DNA of 64,000 bases from Candidatus Latescibacterota bacterium (GCA_963791045.1 CAWBQK010000013.1:256001-320000); one strand, 5' to 3'. Positions 9,202-20,160 are shown, numbered from the stretch's first letter. Made by a program: numbers and translations. Notes: a model not told the origin generated them from the letters alone.

Positions 9202-10293
9202 CTATCGAAAATCCCGCATCCTGACGGGCATGCGTTTCGCTCCCCAGTCGCCAGGGCGCTCGTCGAACACACCGGGACACCGGGCGCCGCAGTTGGCGCA
9301 AGTTCCCGCGCCGGCCATTTTCCACTCGGTCAGCACGTACCAGTCGCGGCCGATCAGCCGCTCCCCACACTCGTTGCAGTACGTGCTCGCGCCCCGCTCA
9401 TCGTGCACATTCCCCGTAAACACATACCGAATCCCCTGACGAAGAGCGATTTCCCGGGCGCGCGTGAGCGTTGTCGGCTGCGTCGATTGCTTATTCCGCA
9501 TTTTGTAATCGGGATGGAACGCGCTGAAGTGTAGGGGAACGTCCAGACCGAGATTATCCACGATCCATTTTGACAACGCGTTGAGTTCTTCTTCGGAGTC
9601 GTTCTCTCCGGGAATGAGCAGTGTCGTAATCTCAAACCACACGTCCGTCTCGTTCTTGAGGTAAACGAGAGTTTCAAGAACGTTATCCAGGTCGGCGGCG
9701 CAGAGTTCCTTGTAGAAGCGGTTCGTGAACGCCTTGAGATCAATGTTCGCGGCGTCCATGTGACGGAAGAATTCCCGGCGGGGCTTTTCGCATATGTAAC
9801 CCGCAGTGACAGCCACCGTCTTTACGCCTGCGGCCTTGCACGCTTGCGCGACGTCGACGGCATACTCAAGAAATATCACGGGATCGTTGTAGGTGAACGC
9901 AACACTTCGGCATCCCATTGCCGCGGCTGCGCGGGCGATCTGCTCGGGCGTCGCCTGATCGGCGAGAGTGTCGACCTCGCGCGATTTGCTGATATCCCAA
10001 TTCTGACAAAACTTGCACGCGAGATTGCAGCCCGCCGTCCCGAAAGACAACACCGCGGATCCGGGGTGAAAATGATGCAGGGGTTTTTTCTCGATCGGAT
10101 CGACGCAAAAGCCGCTCGAGCGCCCGTAGGTTGTAAGTACGATCGAGTTCCCCTCACAGGCGCGGACAAAACACATCCCCCTCTGGCCGTCACGGAGCTT
10201 GCACTCCCGGGGGCACAGATCGCACTGAACGCGGCCATCTTCGAGATGATGCCAGTATCTGGCCTGAAATGATTGGGTTGTCTCTTTTGTCAT
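9202..10293 (-). CDS. amrS: AmmeMemoRadiSam system radical SAM enzyme
   Basis: CDLCPREC, DPIEKKPL, GCNLACKFCQNW (CxxxCxxC) and AFTYNDP. Confidence 0.93.
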   Translation of the reverse strand: MTKETTQSFQARYWHHLEDGRVQCDLCPRECKLRDGQRGMCFVRACEGNSIVLTTYGRSSGFCVDPIEKKPLHHFHPGSAVLSFGTAGCNLACKFCQNWDISKSREVDTLADQATPEQIARAAAAMGCRSVAFTYNDPVIFLEYAVDVAQACKAAGVKTVAVTAGYICEKPRREFFRHMDAANIDLKAFTNRFYKELCAADLDNVLETLVYLKNETDVWFEITTLLIPGENDSEEELNALSKWIVDNLGLDVPLHFSAFHPDYKMRNKQSTQPTTLTRAREIALRQGIRYVFTGNVHDERGASTYCNECGERLIGRDWYVLTEWKMAGAGTCANCGARCPGVFDERPGDWGAKRMPVRMRDFR

Positions 10294-10415
10294 TCAAAGC
10301 ACCAGCCGGATGGGGAGTGGAACTGTCACACACATTATAGCTCCAAAATTCGTTGAATTCAATCGGCGAACTCCGTATCTTTCTCGGGACCGGGGAAGGT
10401 TAAACCATAAAGAAA

Positions 10416-11342
10416 ATGAATCGTCCCAGGAGACCAACGTTGCAAATTCTTGACTCGCATGTTCATTTCTTCAGCCGCATTTTCTATGAGTGTCAGGCTG
10501 CCGAAACTCGTCCCGACAACGTCGAAGGATTGATCGATCGGCTGAACGTCAGCGGTGTGGATGTTCCCGAAGCCGACCACATCGCATTGCGCGATCGGTT
10601 GATCCTTGAATTCGACAACAGTGGCGTCGAACACGCGCTCATATTCGCGTCGGTTCCGGAGGAAACGGCGGTTGTCGGCGAAGCGGCGCAGACATCAGAC
10701 GGACGCATGTCCGCGTTTGCGACGGTGAATCCAAAACAACCCGAAACGCTAACCAACCTCGAAGCATTGCACGCCAGGTTCGAGTTCACGGGAGTGATTC
10801 TCTTTCCCGCGATGCACGATTTTGGAATTGGTGATGACGAAGCAACGGCCGCTCTGGACCTCGCGCGAAAACTCGACTTGATCGTATTCGTCCATTGCGG
10901 ATTGCTGCGGGTGCCGGTTCGGGCGGTTCTCGGACTCGAAGCCGATTATCCAATGGACCGCGCCCACCCCGAAAGTCTCATTCCGGTGGCGAAGGCGAGG
11001 CCCGACCAGACGTTTGTCGTCCCCCATTTTGGCGCCGGTTTCTTCGATGAATTCCTCAAGCTTGGGCTCACCTGTCCCAACGTCTACACCGATACCGCCG
11101 GATCGAACACGTGGGGAATGTTCCAGGCGCCGCCGCTGTACCTCGAAGACCTGTTCGCACAAACCGTCGATGTGTTTGGCGCCGAGCGCATCCTCTATGG
11201 TTCGGATACGGCCGGTTTCCCCCGAGGCTACCGGGGAGATGTTCTCACCCAACAGATCAGAGCGATGCACGACGCCGGACTTCGCCCCGAAGACCTCGAG
11301 GCGATTCTCGGCGGCAACCTTTCGCGTCTTCTCGATCTCTAA
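10416..11342 (+). CDS. Amidohydrolase_2 family protein
   Basis: DSHVH, VHCG, VPHFG, VYTDTAG and LYGSD metal-binding TIM-barrel motifs. Confidence 0.85.
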   Translation: MNRPRRPTLQILDSHVHFFSRIFYECQAAETRPDNVEGLIDRLNVSGVDVPEADHIALRDRLILEFDNSGVEHALIFASVPEETAVVGEAAQTSDGRMSAFATVNPKQPETLTNLEALHARFEFTGVILFPAMHDFGIGDDEATAALDLARKLDLIVFVHCGLLRVPVRAVLGLEADYPMDRAHPESLIPVAKARPDQTFVVPHFGAGFFDEFLKLGLTCPNVYTDTAGSNTWGMFQAPPLYLEDLFAQTVDVFGAERILYGSDTAGFPRGYRGDVLTQQIRAMHDAGLRPEDLEAILGGNLSRLLDL

Positions 11343-11361
11343 ATATCAGAATTGAAATCAT

Positions 11362-11475
11362 TGGCCGGCACGATGGCCGGCGCGGTGGCCGGCACGATGG
11401 CCGGCGCGGTGGCCGGCACGGTGGCCGGCACGGTGGCCGGCACGATGGCCGGCGCGGTGGCCGGCACGGTGGCCG
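11362..11475. repeat. 12-bp VNTR, about 9.5 copies of TGGCCGGCRCGR
   Basis: Units TGGCCGGCACGA, TGGCCGGCGCGG and TGGCCGGCACGG are counted directly between convergent genes. Confidence 0.95.
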
Positions 11476-11485
11476 CGCGAGACCA

Positions 11486-13113
11486 TCAGGGCAGGATGAG
11501 GATAATACCCTCGTTGTTCCGTATGGAAACCTCTGTCACGGCCAGATCCCCGACCGTTCCGTCCGCATTTAAAATCCTGTACGGCTGGTCGAGTGTGTGG
11601 ACGGTAATCGATTGCTGATCAACTACCGAGCCATCGGGTAGCATCTTGACAAGGACCATCCCGTTTGTGAAATTCCGCGCCAACACGTGGTATGTCAACG
11701 ACGGATCGTACGGATCGGGTCCCGAAGCAAATTCGAAGTGCTCATTGCTACCGGCGACACCCTCGAAATCGACAAAACCTTCTGGGACGGGAGCCGGGAC
11801 GCCGACGTCGTATTCGACGGCTGGATTCCACTGCCATTCGGAAATAGGTTGCTGAAAGTAGTGGCCGTTGAAACTTTCGTAGAGATAAAAAGTGTTCGCG
11901 TTGTGGACCAGATAGTAGAGAGACAAGGTGTATAGCCTTCCACGATCCGATCCGTTGGGAGCCATCGCCACATCCCTCGCACCCAGCACCCTGCGCCCGC
12001 CCGCGCGTGTTTGGCGGACAATACTTGCCACCGCCGTGGTGTAGTCTCTCTCGTACGTGATAACACGAAGTGATCCACTCGTCGGGTAATGGTACCCGCG
12101 GTACATCACCCAGACTTCCGCCCACGCCCAGTCGAGGATATCGAGAACACCCTGAGAAAGCGGATCGGTGCTGTCGAGAAACAAGGCGTGCCCGAAGTTG
12201 GGCATAATGTCGGCGCCCTGCGAAAACCGATCGTTCAACGCCTCGGAGAGTTCCGCATAGAATTCGAGGAAACCCTGCGCATAGGGATGCGCATAATCGA
12301 GATCAATGCCGTAGTATTCTTTTGTCTTGCCGAGCAGCCCTTCATTGAACTGCGGATAAAAGACGCCGTGGTCGACCATGATTCCATCCACCGGACCGCT
12401 GAAATTGGCCGCGCCGTACAGCGACCCATCCATCAACCGTTCCATCTCGTCGATGAGAAACCGGCGATACCCTTCGTAATTGATATTCGCGAGATTCCAC
12501 GGGTTCTGGACTTTTTGCGGAACACCAAAGACACGCGATTCGTAACGCGAGACCGCCGTCGCCGGAGCCGCATCGGGTTCCGGGTTTGGATTCCATCCCG
12601 GACGAATCCGGCCGGGTACCCGGGCACCAGGACGGTCGACTCGTACCCTGGAACGTTGACATCTTCGAGGTAATGGAGAAGGAAGTCCTCGTAAGTGTAA
12701 CCGTTGAGGGCAGCCCAATCCTCGGCATCATGCGCAAAAAAGTTGTACCGAAATGTCGCGTAATCGAACAGACGGACATTCGGATTCCCCGCCCGAAGCC
12801 GATCGGCGTACGTCGCGGTTCGGCCAATCAACAGATCGTAGTTCTCCGCCCGCCAATCAATCTCTGTAAAATCGGTGTATTCACGAAGAAGCGCCGACGC
12901 CAATTGGATATGCGGATATAACGCGGGGCGAACGGGGACACATCCCGCACCAATACACTCTTCTCCGGATGGACAGTCCCTGTCGCGGCAGTCTCCGGGA
13001 GGCGTATATTGCGCTGTCGGAGCCGTTTCCGTCGGCGAGGAACAAGCCGTCCCGAGAATCAGAAAGACGCTCAACACGCCCAAGACCATATATTCGAAAC
13101 ACGTTGACCGCAA
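11486..13113 (-). CDS. Lipoprotein, putative glycoside-hydrolase-like TIM barrel, split by a frameshift near 12600
   Basis: ORFs 12433-13167 and 11486-12718 join at YPAGFV|PGWNP if one C is added. Lipobox GTAC, Cys-rich N-terminal motif, and DGIMVDH / YDVGVP / LARNFTNGMVLV resembling GHL15-like proteins. Confidence 0.6.
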
Positions 13114-13455
13114 GATCCCACCTCTTCGATTGGATTTGGATACAGAGAGCAATGACAGTATCAGCATATTTGATGCCCGGGCCTGCTCGAATATGGCGAG
13201 GCCGGGCGCTGACGTCGGTTATGATTGAAGTAGTGGAATCTAAGGCTGCACCGGCTATAATATGAGGCATCCGCCGGAACGAGGCAACAACAAGGCCGCC
13301 ACGGACACGATCGGATTCAACGGGGAACGTTGCGGCGCAGTGCGGAGCCGTCACGCCCCGCCACACCGTCGATAACAAGGGTTTGCCACACACTAAAAGG
13401 GAACCCTATATTCGCATTATAAGACGTCGCCATATCCCGCCGCGAGGAGGCAATC

Positions 13456-14892
13456 TTGACCAAAAGAATAATCATTATCGGAATTTGTGGTTTTCTTTCT
13501 TTCTTCATTATGGCGGGCCCCGCCTTCGCGAACAAGAATTCGAACAGCAAAGACACCAAGCGATTGATCGAACTCAGCAACTCCTTCGAGTCGCTAACGC
13601 AACGAGTCGGTCCCGCCGTGGTACAAATATACTCGGCCGGTTACGGCCCACCCGCCAAACAGGGGTCGCTCGCGAGCGGGCTCATCAGCAAACGGCGGGC
13701 GGTAGGGAGCGGCGTCATACTGGATCCGGATGGATACATCGTGACCAACGCCCACGTCGTTTCGGAAGCGCGACGCGTCCAGGTGGTTTTGCAGTCACCT
13801 GCGAACGGCAAGGAATCCTCGACGTCGGTACTCAAACCGGCCGGCGAAAGGGTCGGAGCGCAAATCATCGGAATCGATCTTGAAACAGATCTCGCTGTAC
13901 TGAAGATACAGAGAAAAGACCTTCCCTTCCTCGAACTCGGTGACTCCGATACCCTAAAGCCCGGTGAAATCGTTCTCGCGTTTGGCAGTCCCCTCGGGCT
14001 CCAGAACTCGGTCTCGATGGGCGTGGTCAGTTCGGTCGCGCGACAGCTGCGACCCGAGGATCCGATGATCTATATCCAAACCGACGCCTCGATAAACCCC
14101 GGCAACAGCGGCGGACCGCTTGTCGATACAGAGGGCAAAGTCATGGGCATCAACACACTTATTTTCTCGCAGTCCGGCGGAAGCGAAGGAATCGGCTTTG
14201 CCGCTCCGAGCAATATTGTCAAGAATGTATTCAACCAGCTTCGCGCCAGCGGCAGAATCCAACGTGGACACATCGGCGTGCACGCACAGACAATTACAGC
14301 GATGATGGCCGCCGGCCTCGGGATGGACACGGATTGGGGCGTCATTCTTGGCGACGTCTATCCGGGCGGCCCCGCGGAACTCGCCGGTCTTCGGATCGGA
14401 GACATCGTGATGTCGCTCGACGGAAAGATGATGGAGAACGGACGTCAATTCGATGTCAATCTCTACCAGCGGCCGATCGGCGACAGAATTACGCTAGAGA
14501 TACGGCGCGGATCCGAGCTATTGACGGCGCGCGTGACCGTCATTGAGCGGGCGGACAAAGGAGCACAGTTCTCCGACCTCGTCAGTCCGGGCAAGAATCT
14601 CGTTCCCGAGCTGGGAATACTTTGTCTCGATATCGACGATAAGATCCGGGGGATGCTCCCCAACCCTCGGCGTGATTTCGGCGTCGTGGTGGCCGCACGC
14701 TCAGCGGACACTCCCTATTTCTCGGATGGTCTTCGGGCGTCCGATATCATTTATACGATGAATCGGACCCGGATCATCGATGTGAAAACACTGCGCGAGG
14801 AAGCCGCCCAACTCCAACCGGGCGATGCTGTCGTGTGCCAGGTGGAACGAAACGGGCAGTTGATGTTCGTCACGTTCGAGATCGATCTGTAG
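13456..14892 (+). CDS. DegP/HtrA family serine protease with two PDZ domains
   Basis: Signal peptide. Catalytic triad in TNAHVV, TDLAV and INPGNSGG. PDZ regions. Confidence 0.93.
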   Translation: MTKRIIIIGICGFLSFFIMAGPAFANKNSNSKDTKRLIELSNSFESLTQRVGPAVVQIYSAGYGPPAKQGSLASGLISKRRAVGSGVILDPDGYIVTNAHVVSEARRVQVVLQSPANGKESSTSVLKPAGERVGAQIIGIDLETDLAVLKIQRKDLPFLELGDSDTLKPGEIVLAFGSPLGLQNSVSMGVVSSVARQLRPEDPMIYIQTDASINPGNSGGPLVDTEGKVMGINTLIFSQSGGSEGIGFAAPSNIVKNVFNQLRASGRIQRGHIGVHAQTITAMMAAGLGMDTDWGVILGDVYPGGPAELAGLRIGDIVMSLDGKMMENGRQFDVNLYQRPIGDRITLEIRRGSELLTARVTVIERADKGAQFSDLVSPGKNLVPELGILCLDIDDKIRGMLPNPRRDFGVVVAARSADTPYFSDGLRASDIIYTMNRTRIIDVKTLREEAAQLQPGDAVVCQVERNGQLMFVTFEIDL

Positions 14893-15036
14893 TCCGGTCT
14901 TCGAAGCATATAGTCCATCGGGGGGCGGGATAAATAGCGTCTGGACTCAACTCGTCCGCAATCGTATCCTGTCTCCAACGCTGTGTGAGTCAAACGGAAC
15001 CAATCTTTGAATCTCCGTCAAAGGCCCGAGAACGAC

Positions 15037-15834
15037 ATGGGAAAAACAAGCACCGGAGCTCTCGATCAGGATGTTCGAATCACCGATCAGTTGAATCCTG
15101 ATATTGATTTCACCCGTCCGCCTGGCGGCGGCAAAGAGCTTTTTGACATCGTCGGCAGCTTATCGGGCAAACGAATCCTCGACGTGGGATGCGGGCTCGG
15201 GCCGTACAGGCAAGAAATCGAAAAACGGGGCGGCAAGTGGATCGGCGTCGATTTAAAGGGACCCGGGTGCAGCGTCATCGCTGATGGCCTTCACCTTCCG
15301 TTTCCCGACGGATCATTTGACGGCGTGCTGTGCGCCGCCGTTCTTGAACATGTTCCCGATCTCGATATTTTCATGATGGAAATCAAGAGGGTCCTCGCCG
15401 CCCACGGCGTACTGTTCGGATATGCGGCGTTTCTCGAACCGTTCCACGGCATGTCCTACTACCACATGACACACCTCGGACTCGAGCACTTGCTCATAAA
15501 ACATGGATTTCGTCCCAATCGTATTTTTGCCGCGCGAAACGGCACCGCGTACCAGATCGAGAGCATGTTTTTTCCACGATACATTCCCGTCGTTCAGCCG
15601 GCGTTCCGCGCCGTCGCCCAATGGTCGATGGCAATCACGATGTGGCTTAATCGAACAGTCCGCTCGATGGTCCGTGCTCTCCGCGGCGGCCAGCGCGATG
15701 ACGGAACGGACGCGATTCGTTACAAACAACTACTCTCTCTCCGGTTTGCCGTCGGGTTCAATTTTGTCGCGCGGCGCTCCGATTCTCCCGGCGTCATTGC
15801 GTCCTACTCCGCTTTTTCGGACCCCAATCGTTAG
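15037..15834 (+). CDS. Class I SAM-dependent methyltransferase (type 11)
   Basis: ILDVGCGLG, LPFPDGSFD, VLEHV. Confidence 0.85.
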   Translation: MGKTSTGALDQDVRITDQLNPDIDFTRPPGGGKELFDIVGSLSGKRILDVGCGLGPYRQEIEKRGGKWIGVDLKGPGCSVIADGLHLPFPDGSFDGVLCAAVLEHVPDLDIFMMEIKRVLAAHGVLFGYAAFLEPFHGMSYYHMTHLGLEHLLIKHGFRPNRIFAARNGTAYQIESMFFPRYIPVVQPAFRAVAQWSMAITMWLNRTVRSMVRALRGGQRDDGTDAIRYKQLLSLRFAVGFNFVARRSDSPGVIASYSAFSDPNR

Positions 15835-15939
15835 ATATTGCGATTTTCGCCTCGCGAATTCCTACCGCACAAAGAGGTTAGCGGCGGACGCGCAATTTGC
15901 ACGATTTTTCACCTGACAAACACTTCTACATTATTATAT

Positions 15940-15969
15940 TTGAATGAGTTGGCCGCTTCGTGCTATAAT
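15940..15969 (+). promoter_or_regulatory. Sigma70-like promoter with extended -10
   Basis: TTGAAT-18 nt-TATAAT, with TGn directly upstream of the -10. Confidence 0.6.
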
Positions 15970-16056
15970 TAATCATTGCCTGTTCTCTGTCCTTGGTGGC
16001 CTATCCGACGAGCAACCCCTAACTAGACTTATGTAAACACCAGGAGCAAACATCCT

Positions 16057-19000
16057 ATGACTACGCTTCTTCGCCTTGGGTTCGCCATTGCCATCATCGT
16101 AACCGTCCTGTCGCCGTACTCGGTGCGCGCCGTCGAACCAGGGACAAATGATCTTGGTTTTCTCGAGGGCATAAGCCTCATCGAACTCGAGACGGACGAC
16201 ATCGCTTCGATGCACGTCGCCCGCCGGTTGATTCAATCTTACGGCGGCACCGTCGCCATCATGTCGCCCCCTTCTCTTCTCGTCGGCGTGATACCGTATG
16301 AGATTCGCGATCAACTCATCGGAAAAACGGGAATCAAGGACATCTATCATACCGAGGTACTTCCCGGCGAAGTCCAGACGAACGATTCGAGATCGGAAGC
16401 GATGGTCGGATTCTTTAACGCCGCCGTCAGAGGCGAACTGGCCGCGGATCGGGACCGGTTTATACAGTCGGTAACGGCGGACGGCCCGCGCGAACAACGC
16501 GAGCCCGACCTTTTTTCGGCTGACGACATCGACCCCCGCGCTTACCTCGATAACCTGCTGGCCAACGGGCTGGACGCTAAAAAACTCGAAGAAGAGGGTC
16601 TTCCCCTCAACCCGACCACGATGGCCACCGCGGGCAACAGCGACTACATGACGGGCACAGTGGCGTTGACGCTTTTCTTCGTGGAAAGCGACGGCACCGG
16701 TTCCGACCCGGATCAGTACACATGGACGCCCGAACACATGCAGAATTATATAAACGGCGTGGGAACCGCGCTCTACTGGTGGTCCAGCCGCGCCGCGCAG
16801 CACGGGGACTGTTGGGTTACCTTCCTCATCAATTATTATTCGGGAGCCGACGAGAGATGTCAGCAGTGGGTCGAACCGATTCTGCATACCACTGAATACG
16901 AGGAAACGTGGATTAACGAAATCATGTCGAACTTCGGTTACACATCGGGAACTCGCTTTTCCCGTGTTAGTGCTTTCAACACCTGGCAGCGATCGTATTA
17001 CAACACCGACCGCTCGTATTCGGCTTTCATCCCTTACAACCCGGCCCCCGCGGCGGCAAGCTTTCCCGGAGGCGGAACGGCATACGCATACTGGTATGGC
17101 CCGCATACGGTTTTGCTCTACCACGTTCAGGGATGGACGACCGCCGAGGTATTCGCTCACGAAACCGGCCATATCTTCGGCGCCTGCGACGAGTATGCGG
17201 GCGGGTGCTCATCGCCCACGTACGTTTGTGCCAACGGCGTAATCAACGGCAATTGCGAAGTCGGCAATCCCGACAGCCGCGACTGCATGATGAAAGAAAA
17301 CTCGTTCTCAGTTTGCACGTACACAGTGAGTCATCTTGGTTGGGAGATTAACAACCCATGTGCACCGGCGGAACCGCCTCTTCTCCCCACGGTGACATTG
17401 TCGACGGTCGATCCTCCGTCCGGATTCCACGGAGTGGACACATCGATCACTCTTTTTGGATCCAATTTCTACCCCGGGATCAGACTGGAAATGGGGGACG
17501 ACATCTTCGTCCACGGGATCGATATTATCAACGACCACACGCTTATCGCCCATACGACGGTTCTCGCATCCGCTCCCCCGGGACTTCGCAACGCCCGGGT
17601 CTTCAACCGTGACGGTCAGTTCGCGACACTCACGGATGTATTCGAAGTTCTCCCCACGACGCGGCACTATTATTCGCCCACGGGCGGGGACGGTCCTCCC
17701 TATCTGTCGCCGGCAAACGCGGCCACGTCGTTTGAAGACGCCATCGCAGCCACCTACGACGGCGATACGCTCTTCGTCGTGACGATGACCTTTGACGACT
17801 TTTCGCTCATCGTCAATCACGGCGTTGTTTTTCACGGCGGATGGAACAACGATTTCAGCGCCCGTGACCTTGAAACCGGCAAGACGCTTGTTAACCTGAA
17901 CGCCATAAACGGCAACATCACTTTTACCGGCGCGTCGCAAAACGCGGGGTTCGATGGATTTACAATCCAGAACGGCACCGGCGTGTATGACTTTTTCCCC
18001 TTCGGCGCCTATTTTGGCGGCGCGGTCCGATTCGTCGGGGGCAGTGCGGTCATCGCCAATTGTGAAATCAGTTCCAGCGCGGCGGGTGGCCCGATGAACT
18101 ACGGTCTTGGAGGAGCGGTCTTCGCCGACGGGTGCCAGGTAGACATTCGTGACAGTTATATCCACGACAACGCGGCGACCCAGGGCGGCGCCCTGTACCT
18201 CCGCGGATGCACAGGGACGGTCTCGGGCAATACAATCTCGGGCAACTCGCTATTCGCATCGCCCGAAACTCTTGTTGGCGGCGGCGTTGCCATCGTCGAC
18301 TCGCCGGAAATGATTTTGACGGATAATGTCTTTTCGTCGAATACCTCCGCTGCGGAGGGCGGCGGGCTTTATGTCGAAAACTGCCCCAACCTGACAATGA
18401 CCGGCGGCTCTCTATCAGCAAACGAGGCATCCTTCGCCGGCGGCGGTGTCAGGCTCAAGAAAACGACCGCCGTAATAGACGGGGTCGAGTTCAACGGCAA
18501 CACCAGCGCCGGCCTCGGCGGCGGACTCGCCGCCATCGACTCGACCAACGCCACACTGTCAACGTCGACTTTTGTGTCCAACTCCGCCGCGGTCGGAGGG
18601 GGCGCTTATGCAACGGCCGGCTCTTTCTTTGTGACCCACAACCTCTTCACCGGCAATGCGTCGGCAAGCACCGGCGGCGCGCTGGTGGTGAGCGTAACAA
18701 ATTCCGGAACCGTAATCGGAAACACGCTCAACGCCAACTCGGCAAGCGGTGTGGGAGGATTGCTGGTCGGCGGAGACGTTGAGATTTTCAATAATATTGT
18801 CACAAACAACACGGGGCTGGGCGTTTCGTCCACCTCGGGACAACCCCCCGTCTTGTCTCACAACCTCACGTGGAACAACTCGGGCGGGGACTATTCGAAT
18901 TGCACGCCGGGCGACGGTTCGATATCCGCCGACCCGATCTTCGTCGATCCCGCGGGCGGCGATTATCACCTGGCGCTTCATTCTCCGGCGATCGACGCGG

Positions 19001-19671
19001 GTATTGTAAACGGTTTGTACACGGACCCAGATGGATCGCGCGGGGATCTGGGAGTCTACGGCTCGCACACATTCCAGATGGAACAGCCTGCCTTCACCAA
19101 CAACCTGGCGGCTGACGTGGAGGGGGCAAACGTGGTTCTCGAATGGGACAAAAATCCCGAGAGCGACATCGCCAATTATGCCGTTTATTGCGACACCATC
19201 GGAGGCTTCACCCCTTCAGAGTTGAATTTTGTCGCGCTCGTCTCGGGATCCGACTCGACAACAACACTCGACCTTCCCGCGGATTCCTCGTACTATGTTG
19301 TCTCCGCCGTCGACACCGGCGGCTACGCGGGCGGTTACTCGGCGGCGGCATCGATTTCGCCTGCCACGGGTATCGGAGATCGTGTCACGCGCTATGAATA
19401 CAAGCTGGGACAGAACGTACCCAACCCGTTCAATCCGGTGACAACCATCGCCTATCAGCTTCCCGCAAGAACCAACGTCGAGTTGAATGTTTACGATGTC
19501 AACGGCCGCCTGGTGCGGCGGTTGGTATCGCAGTCACAGGGAGCGGGATCCTACTCGATCACATGGGCGGGAAAAAACGATTACGGAGAACCCGTGGCTT
19601 CCGGTGTCTATTTTTACCGTCTCAATACGGGCAGCTTTGTCAAAACACGAAAAATGGTTCTTTTGAAATAG
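16057..19671 (+). CDS. Secreted metzincin metalloprotease with beta-helix repeats and C-terminal FlgD-Ig/T9SS-like domain
   Basis: Signal peptide, HETGHIFGACDEY, DCMM Met-turn, repeated N.A..GGG(L/A) parallel beta-helix motifs, and LGQNVPNPFNPVTTI...ASGVYFYRL...KMVLLK tail. Confidence 0.85.
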   Translation: MTTLLRLGFAIAIIVTVLSPYSVRAVEPGTNDLGFLEGISLIELETDDIASMHVARRLIQSYGGTVAIMSPPSLLVGVIPYEIRDQLIGKTGIKDIYHTEVLPGEVQTNDSRSEAMVGFFNAAVRGELAADRDRFIQSVTADGPREQREPDLFSADDIDPRAYLDNLLANGLDAKKLEEEGLPLNPTTMATAGNSDYMTGTVALTLFFVESDGTGSDPDQYTWTPEHMQNYINGVGTALYWWSSRAAQHGDCWVTFLINYYSGADERCQQWVEPILHTTEYEETWINEIMSNFGYTSGTRFSRVSAFNTWQRSYYNTDRSYSAFIPYNPAPAAASFPGGGTAYAYWYGPHTVLLYHVQGWTTAEVFAHETGHIFGACDEYAGGCSSPTYVCANGVINGNCEVGNPDSRDCMMKENSFSVCTYTVSHLGWEINNPCAPAEPPLLPTVTLSTVDPPSGFHGVDTSITLFGSNFYPGIRLEMGDDIFVHGIDIINDHTLIAHTTVLASAPPGLRNARVFNRDGQFATLTDVFEVLPTTRHYYSPTGGDGPPYLSPANAATSFEDAIAATYDGDTLFVVTMTFDDFSLIVNHGVVFHGGWNNDFSARDLETGKTLVNLNAINGNITFTGASQNAGFDGFTIQNGTGVYDFFPFGAYFGGAVRFVGGSAVIANCEISSSAAGGPMNYGLGGAVFADGCQVDIRDSYIHDNAATQGGALYLRGCTGTVSGNTISGNSLFASPETLVGGGVAIVDSPEMILTDNVFSSNTSAAEGGGLYVENCPNLTMTGGSLSANEASFAGGGVRLKKTTAVIDGVEFNGNTSAGLGGGLAAIDSTNATLSTSTFVSNSAAVGGGAYATAGSFFVTHNLFTGNASASTGGALVVSVTNSGTVIGNTLNANSASGVGGLLVGGDVEIFNNIVTNNTGLGVSSTSGQPPVLSHNLTWNNSGGDYSNCTPGDGSISADPIFVDPAGGDYHLALHSPAIDAGIVNGLYTDPDGSRGDLGVYGSHTFQMEQPAFTNNLAADVEGANVVLEWDKNPESDIANYAVYCDTIGGFTPSELNFVALVSGSDSTTTLDLPADSSYYVVSAVDTGGYAGGYSAAASISPATGIGDRVTRYEYKLGQNVPNPFNPVTTIAYQLPARTNVELNVYDVNGRLVRRLVSQSQGAGSYSITWAGKNDYGEPVASGVYFYRLNTGSFVKTRKMVLLK

Positions 19672-19701
19672 CCTTCGGCCTGATCGAACAAGCACGCCCC
19701 A

Positions 19702-20148
19702 ATGGGAGCTTTCGCAATCATGTTGCTTTTGCTTCACACCGCCGCAACGTGGATGATGGTCGGCGTCATCTGGTTTGTCCAAATCATCCATTACCCTCTT
19801 TTCAACAAGATCGGCGAGGGAGCCTTTCCCGAATACCACAAGTTGCACATGAACTTGACCATGCGCGTGATTACCCTACCGTCCGTGGTCGAAGGAATCA
19901 CCGGGGTACTCATTGCCCTGAACCGGCCGGAAGGCGTTACATCAGCGCAGATATGGATGGGTCTGGCGCTGCTCGCCGTCATCTGGACTGCCACTTTTCT
20001 CATGCAGGTCCCAAAACATTTTGCGCTGTCGAAAAAATACGACACGCGGCTCTACCGTTCGCTCGTCGGCTCCAACTGGATAAGAACCGTGGCGTGGAGC
20101 CTGCGCGGCGCGCTCACCTTGTGGATGATTTCGGGAACAATGAATTGA
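19702..20148 (+). CDS. Hypothetical 4-TM membrane protein
   Basis: Four hydrophobic helices. GVIWFVQIIHYPLF...QVPKH...NWIRTVAW pattern typical of a conserved uncharacterized family. Confidence 0.7.
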   Translation: MGAFAIMLLLLHTAATWMMVGVIWFVQIIHYPLFNKIGEGAFPEYHKLHMNLTMRVITLPSVVEGITGVLIALNRPEGVTSAQIWMGLALLAVIWTATFLMQVPKHFALSKKYDTRLYRSLVGSNWIRTVAWSLRGALTLWMISGTMN

Positions 20149-20160
20149 TGGGAGCGGGGA

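Noticed and set aside
11111-11618. ORFs with GGRHD/AGTMAG repeats
   Set aside because: They are translations of the 12-bp VNTR and overlap real genes.
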